Part shown: positions 58,201-64,000 of the stretch, in pieces
Layout: each line of letters begins with the position of its first letter
Numbering within the stretch: position 1 is the stretch's first letter
DNA from: Eledone cirrhosa
Taxonomy: Eukaryota
Direction: 5' to 3'
DNA: 64,000 bases
Assembly: GCA_964016885.1 (NCBI GenBank)
Contig: OZ024743.1
Location: forward strand, 220,968,001 to 221,032,000
The notes under the pieces: model-generated
What the model was told of the DNA's origin: nothing
The model's input: only the letters and a program-made list of their open reading frames with translations
Databases searched by the model: none
Made by a program: the position numbers and the translations under genes

Positions 58201-59130
58201 TACGAGGGTGGGCTGAGATGTTCATAGGCTGACTATGAAGGAATGATGCTAGAACTGTGAAAACTTGCATGATTTAATTTCAAATTCCTCTTGTTTCTTC
58301 CAGATAGATTGACATTGAAATTGGATAAAATTTGACATCGTGGTGTTATCAAGTAGCTGAAGAAAAAAAAATGGCTTAGCCTCCAAGGACATTTATGCTG
58401 ACATGATTGCTACATGAGGAGACGAGACTCCAACTTTATCAAGAGTGCGGAAATGGATAGCTGAATTTAGGAGGGGAAAGGAGGGTCCTGTTTCTGACCT
58501 TAAGTGTAGACGACAGCTGCAACTACCACCACCAAGGTAAAAGCTGATCGTTTTTACCATGACAGGCAATTGACTATAAATCGAATAGACAATGCTATTA
58601 TCATATCCCGTAAGAGTGTTGAGAATATTCCGTCCAATGAACTTGGCATGACAAAGGTTTCTGCTCGGTGGGTGCCACGTCTTCTGACACCTGATCAAAA
58701 TCGCACCAGGCTGATCACATCAGAGAAAAATCTGACATTGTTTGAAGCAGGTCCAGCTTGTTTCCTTGAATATTTCCGAACGCACGATGAGTGTTGGGTT
58801 CATCACTTTGAGCCAAAGACAAAGTGACAATCTATGGATTGGAAACACACCTCCTCGACTGATCCAAAGAAGGTCAGTGCCGTTTCATCTGCAGGGAAGG
58901 TGATGGCCTACGTTTTGGGGATACAAAAGGCATAGTGTTTATTGACTAATTCCGAAAAGGCCACGCCATTAATGGGAAGTGCTATGCTAACTTGCTGAGG
59001 CAAGTACTAAAGGCTATCAAGGCCAAACGCCCAGAAATTTGACAAAAAGCTATTTGTTTCAACAGGTAAATGCTCCAGCACAGACGTCCATGGATTTAAT
59101 GGCTACTGTGTGTGACTGTTGGCTTTGAAC
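58201..59130 (+). mobile_element. Decayed mariner (Tc1/mariner) DNA transposon
   Basis: Starts TA-CGAGGG. Translation includes KVSARWVPRLLTPDQ, THDECWVHHFEP and SAGKVMA. It has stops and frameshifts, and no 3' TIR was seen. Confidence 0.88.
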
Positions 59131-59262
59131 TTTGTGTTCCACAGTTAAGATGTCTGTATTGTTCAGAGCATAAGTAAATTAAGTAGGAGCGATGTCACTG
59201 TTGCAGCATATGTATGAACTTTATTGGCATATTACAATCGTTTCAATATAGATCAGTTCAAA

Positions 59263-59316
<54 letters not shown>

Positions 59317-59321
59317 CGAGG

Positions 59322-59357
59322 GAGCTGAAGATTCGCAAAGGTGAAACAATTGTTCTC
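59322..59357 (+). ncRNA. Minimal type-I hammerhead ribozyme
   Basis: GAG-CTGAAGA-TTCGCAAAGGT-GAAACAATTGTT-CTC. Downstream sequence matches the 21518 copy (CTCGGTATG-TGAACTAACTGTTGTG). Confidence 0.6.
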
Positions 59358-59968
59358 GGTATGGTGAACTAACTGTTGTGTTACCACTTCTATACATATA
59401 TATATATATTACCATTCTACACCAATACATATTATTATCATTTGATAATGCATAAAAATGCTGAAACAATTATTAAATATATAAATAAATAAATAAATGC
59501 CATAGTTAATTAATAAATAAATCAACTAATACCTTAACACTTCACACAAAGTAAAATATTTCGTTTCAATCATTTTCTAACCCAGAAAAAAAGAGAGAAA
59601 CAAATAAATAGGAAAAAAAATTATTTTTCTTTCTAATAATCGTCTTGTTCTCCCTGTTTTCATATATATATATATATAGGAGATGTATAAATGTAGATAT
59701 GAAACTGAAAGAAATGCCCAATTTCAATTAGATGTGCTATAAGTCAGCTTAGCCTCACATTTCTCGATTTCCTACGCCATCTTGTTTTTCTGTGTGTTGT
59801 GTGCTTAGTTTGCGCATGTGTTACATCCGGGTGTCTGTGTGTGTTTATACTTGTTTATTTATTTGTTTATTTATACACATGCGCAAACTAAGCACACAAC
59901 ACACACACAAACAAGATGGCGTAGGGCATAACAAAGGAGAGGCACAAAAACAAAGAAAAGAATCCCCA

Positions 59969-60011
59969 GTCACTGAAAAGGTCACATAATGTGTGACGAA
60001 AGAACTTTGAC
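59969..60011 (+). ncRNA. Hammerhead fold with a core G8-to-A change (probably inactive)
   Basis: GTCA-CTGAAAA-GGTCACA TAATG TGTGAC-GAAAGAACTT-TGAC. All three stems pair but the core reads CTGAAAA instead of CTGANGA. Confidence 0.65.
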
Positions 60012-60157
60012 ACTATATAAACAATCATCTGGTTGTGGAACCAACCAACCAACCGGAAATTTATAAATTCCTAAATTTATAAATTTATTATAATAAATTG
60101 AAGTGAAAGCAACTGGTGCGTGTGTTTCTTATTGACAACATGACCCTCCCAAAGTAT

Positions 60158-60195
<38 letters not shown>

Positions 60196-60368
60196 CGTCT
60201 CCTGCCATCACGTAAATTTATAAATCAGTTGCTAATAAAGGGACAGCATTGTGTTGCGTAGAGTTTCCAGTTGCTAATCGTTTTACTGTGTTGGCCATCA
60301 CAAGCAGTCATAGCCGATACGGACTGGAGTCGAATTCTGTCGATCGATTAGTTATTGAGTTGGCGAAG

Positions 60369-60464
60369 CCCACTGATGAAGCCACATGTGCCGATTATGC
60401 ATTGTTGCATAATATATACAGCACTCTACTGCTGCATTAAATGTGGCCGAAACATGAGTTCGGG
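60369..60464 (+). ncRNA. Type-I hammerhead ribozyme with branched stem II
   Basis: CCCA-CTGATGA-AGCCACAT...ATGTGGCC-GAAACATGAGTT-CGGG. The stem II loop holds two further hairpins (ATTATGCA/TGCATAAT and CAGCA/TGCTG). Confidence 0.7.
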
Positions 60465-61019
60465 AATAATTGAAGGTTTACGTGTGTTGTATTGAAGCGA
60501 ATAACTATGTGTATACTCTGGGAGTTTATTTAACATTACATATCGAGTGCGCTGAGATGCAACCGGTCCTAGCAGTGATACCTACGCTAGTTCCGTCAAC
60601 TTATATATAATTGTTTCTACTTTTGGCACTAATATCTGCTAGGTATGGTTCGTTGTTGTCATCACCTATGTATGTTGTTGACAGCTCGTAGCATAGGTGA
60701 AAGGATAGACCAACACTGGGGGGAACTAAAAGGACGAAAAAACGGGTCAGTACTATACGAACATGCTAGACAACAACATGACGGTAACATAGACAACATA
60801 GAAATTAGAATAATATCTAAACATAGAAATGACCCAGCAGATAGGCAAATCAGAGAGGCCAGTGAAATAGAAATTAGAAGACCAAAGCTAAACAGAAAGA
60901 ATAAGTGGAATAACAACAACACCCAAACAAAAAACACTGACTTAAGAGAAGTATAAATAAGTAAATAAAATAAGATAAATAAATACATACAGACGCACAA
61001 TAACAACAAGCACATAAAC

Positions 61020-61147
61020 ACACACTAGTCACCCAGCAAACATAACACTATACACACTAGTCACCCAGCAAACATAACACTATACACACTAGTCACCCAG
61101 CAAACATAACACTATACATACTAGTCACCCAGCAAACATAACACTAT
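61020..61147 (+). repeat. 32-bp tandem repeat, 4 copies, inside the Penelope-like 3' region
   Basis: Unit ACACACTAGTCACCCAGCAAACATAACACTAT. Confidence 0.95.
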
Positions 61148-61277
61148 ACACACACGCAAACGCATGCGCAAAGAAGACAAAATAAAATAAACAAACAAGC
61201 AAATAAATAAATAAATATATAGACAGACTGAATAAAAAATGGCGTAGACACAACACAACAGGAGGAAAATATAACAC

Positions 61278-61315
61278 CACTGACGATGTTGCAGATGTGC
61301 AACGAAAGATTTATG
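61278..61315 (+). ncRNA. Hammerhead motif in the 3' region of a Penelope-like element
   Basis: CTGACGA-TGTTGCA GATG TGCAAC-GAAAGATTTA. Core and stem II good, stem I weak. Lies downstream of the GIY-YIG fragment. Confidence 0.6.
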
Positions 61316-61525
61316 TAAATTATGTAAACTATATATATGTGTTTGTGTCTATATTGTATCTGTATTATTTTTGACCGTCGGTCAGTCAATGGCAACATTG
61401 AGGACCGAGTAAGCTAGATCGCAGATATAAAAGACAGCGAGAAGCGAAAACCAACCAAACAGTGAGTGTGTTCTGTTATTAATTCTGGCAATATTACACA
61501 AATATGACCCTCCCCAAGTATAACA

Positions 61526-61566
<41 letters not shown>

Positions 61567-61571
61567 AGTGT

Positions 61572-61648
<77 letters not shown>

Positions 61649-61960
61649 TGTGTGTGTGTGTGTGTGTATATTAATATTAGACAGAGAGACACATTATACA
61701 TTAATGTGAAACATAATAGGATTTTGTACGTATATTCATGAACATAATATGTATTTTTTACAAATTTGGTTTTTACTAAATATATATATTATGTAAGAAG
61801 TGAAAATATTCTCCGAGACTTCCATTGAAAAAGACTTCAAATGGTGATATTTAAACATGTAATTTTCACAAAATTATTCAAATCTGCCATGTAATAAACA
61901 TCGTTATCTAGATTATCTCGCTTATGTAGCCTATGCAAATTTCGATATAAATATGCGTGC

Positions 61961-62015
<55 letters not shown>

Positions 62016-63230
62016 TTTTTCTTTATTTTAGGTCTTTCACGGAAGTACATTTATTTCGAATTTAAGTTATATTTTATACAGAATACAAATGTAAAGGTAA
62101 TCTCTCTGTTTCCTTGAATGTATGATCAATCTATTTGATGCTATGATTAGAATAGACTGTGCACTATATGCAGATATATATGCAGATATATATATATATA
62201 TGTATGCAGATATATATGTATTAATTATATATGTAACATATACATACATGCACACACACACATACACACATACACACACACATATATATATATATATATA
62301 TGTACGTGTATATGTGTATGTGTGTGTAAAGTTATACTTATGTTTTTATGTAGAATAACGTATTCATTAGATAGAAAACTGCAAAGGTGTTGTAGAAATA
62401 AAAGAGGTAATAATAAATGCAGGTGTGTATCTATATGATGAAGTATATGCATGCTTTCGCACCTATATAGTATACACATATAACCTCAATGTATCTGATC
62501 AACAGTGTTATTTGCGTTTGAAAATGTTTTCTGAATGAATATCAAAATATACTGATTTTACAGCTCGTGTTCTCTGGTAATGCTGCCAGGTCTGGCATTG
62601 TGAAAATGGTTTATAGATACCAATTATACCTGGAATCCTAATAAACGTTACTTTAGCGTGCTTTGTAAAGATCATGTAGTCAATAAAATGCTGTTGCAAG
62701 CTCTTAACTGTCCCCTCTTTCTTTCGTTTTCACTTGCTCTCTCTTTCTCTTGTTATCAGTGTTGTTGTTATTGTTGTTGTCACCATCACCACCATCATCA
62801 TCATAATCATCATCATCATCATCATTTACGTTCTGCCGCTTTTTGTAACATAACATAACTTGGTAGAACCATTTCATCATCACTATCAGCATACCAGTGT
62901 CCACTCCATACAGCCATTATTAACCATCCATCATAAACTACCTTGTCTCTACCAATGGGGTCATTATATGTATACCAACGCTACTAATCGCTACCTTTGT
63001 AAAAATGGAAGAATCGCCAAAGCGTCGAACAAAATACTTAGTGTTACTTTTTATGGTTCTTGTTGAAATTCCGTCATGGTCAACTTTGTCTTTCGTCCTC
63101 CTGGGATCGATAAAATAAATTATCAGCCATGTACGTTTTTAATCTACCCCCTCCACCCGAAAAGAACCACATACACCAATAACTGTTACCCACATGCCTA
63201 AATTAGAAATCAGTAATACAATGTTTATAT

Positions 63231-63280
<50 letters not shown>

Positions 63281-63481
63281 TTACTGCTGCGACAACTACT
63301 GTTGCTGATGATGATGTTGATGTTGATGATGATGTTGATGATGATCTTGATGGTGATGATGCTATTGCTGCTGCTGTTACTGCTGGCCGCTGCTGCTGTA
63401 TGCTACCACCATCACCTTATTCACTACAACCTGCAGCAACACTATCACTACCACCACTACAACTACCACTACCACTATCAT

Positions 63482-63534
<53 letters not shown>

Positions 63535-64000
63535 TTGAAATATTCTACGCTAATCAATGCCACGACACCCACATTACTTTACAACCAGCCAATCATCACA
63601 ATGACAACAACGAACCATACCTAGCAGATATTAGTGCCAAAAGTAGAAACAATTATATTGAAGTGACATTATCAGAAACAGCACTATAAACGCCACCAAT
63701 AGAATAAAAGAACTAACTGATACATGTCACCAGTAGAGAATAGTGGAGCTGGTGGTGGGTGGGTGACAGTGGTTTTGGGGATGTTACTGCAGCACTGAGA
63801 GCATCAACGGGCTCTGATTATCAACAACAACAGTCTATACTTTTATCGGAAGAAAATGTTGGAAGTAAATCTATTACGACGCTCCATTAATGGTAGTCAT
63901 ATAGAGCGCCCCTTGTTCTTTTGTTCGCTTGACATATGGAGTTGATTAATGGCCGTCTTGGTTATTTCTATTTCGAAAAACAGGTTGTTGTTAGTGCAAA

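Larger units (their letters stand above)
60680..61527 (+). mobile_element. 5'-truncated Penelope-like retroelement: GIY-YIG endonuclease C-terminal half, 3' region with hammerhead, ending at (TA)n
   Basis: Translation TARSIGERIDQH...SVLYEHARQQH...DPADRQIREASEIEIRRPKLNRKNKW fits the PLE GIY-YIG pattern (ER-x2-E/QH, R-x-I-x-EA, P-x-LN). Stop at 60956. The 3' end GACCCTCCCCAAGTATAACAA abuts (TA)n. Confidence 0.8.

Noticed and set aside
61020-61147. Regular 32-bp repeats resembling a CRISPR array
   Set aside because: Head-to-tail with no unique spacers, in a eukaryotic context with no cas genes.

Overview
AT-rich eukaryotic DNA dominated by microsatellites and transposon fragments. It is probably from an Octopus genome, inferred from a tRNA-derived SINE and a second repeat that I recognise from octopod sequences. 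The only host-gene piece I can support is one 205-bp internal exon of a classical aquaporin (minus strand, 34370-34574), so the window is probably mostly intronic. Almost all long ORFs in the track are microsatellite artefacts. Recognisable mobile DNA: a Penelope-like GIY-YIG fragment, an R4/Dong restriction-like endonuclease 3' end, five Tx1/L1-like 3' ends, RTE and CRE remnants, a decayed mariner, a solo LTR, a MITE and many SINE copies, three with clear target-site duplications (TSDs). The most striking pattern is a set of short, sequence-diverse elements, mostly ending in (TA)n, that carry minimal type-I hammerhead ribozyme folds (about 9 with intact cores plus several mutated ones) and are often fused to an inverted copy of themselves. 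Different retroelement families appear to occupy different microsatellites: (TA)n, (GATA)n, (TAA)n and (ATGT)n. Everything was read by eye; no database search or folding program was run.
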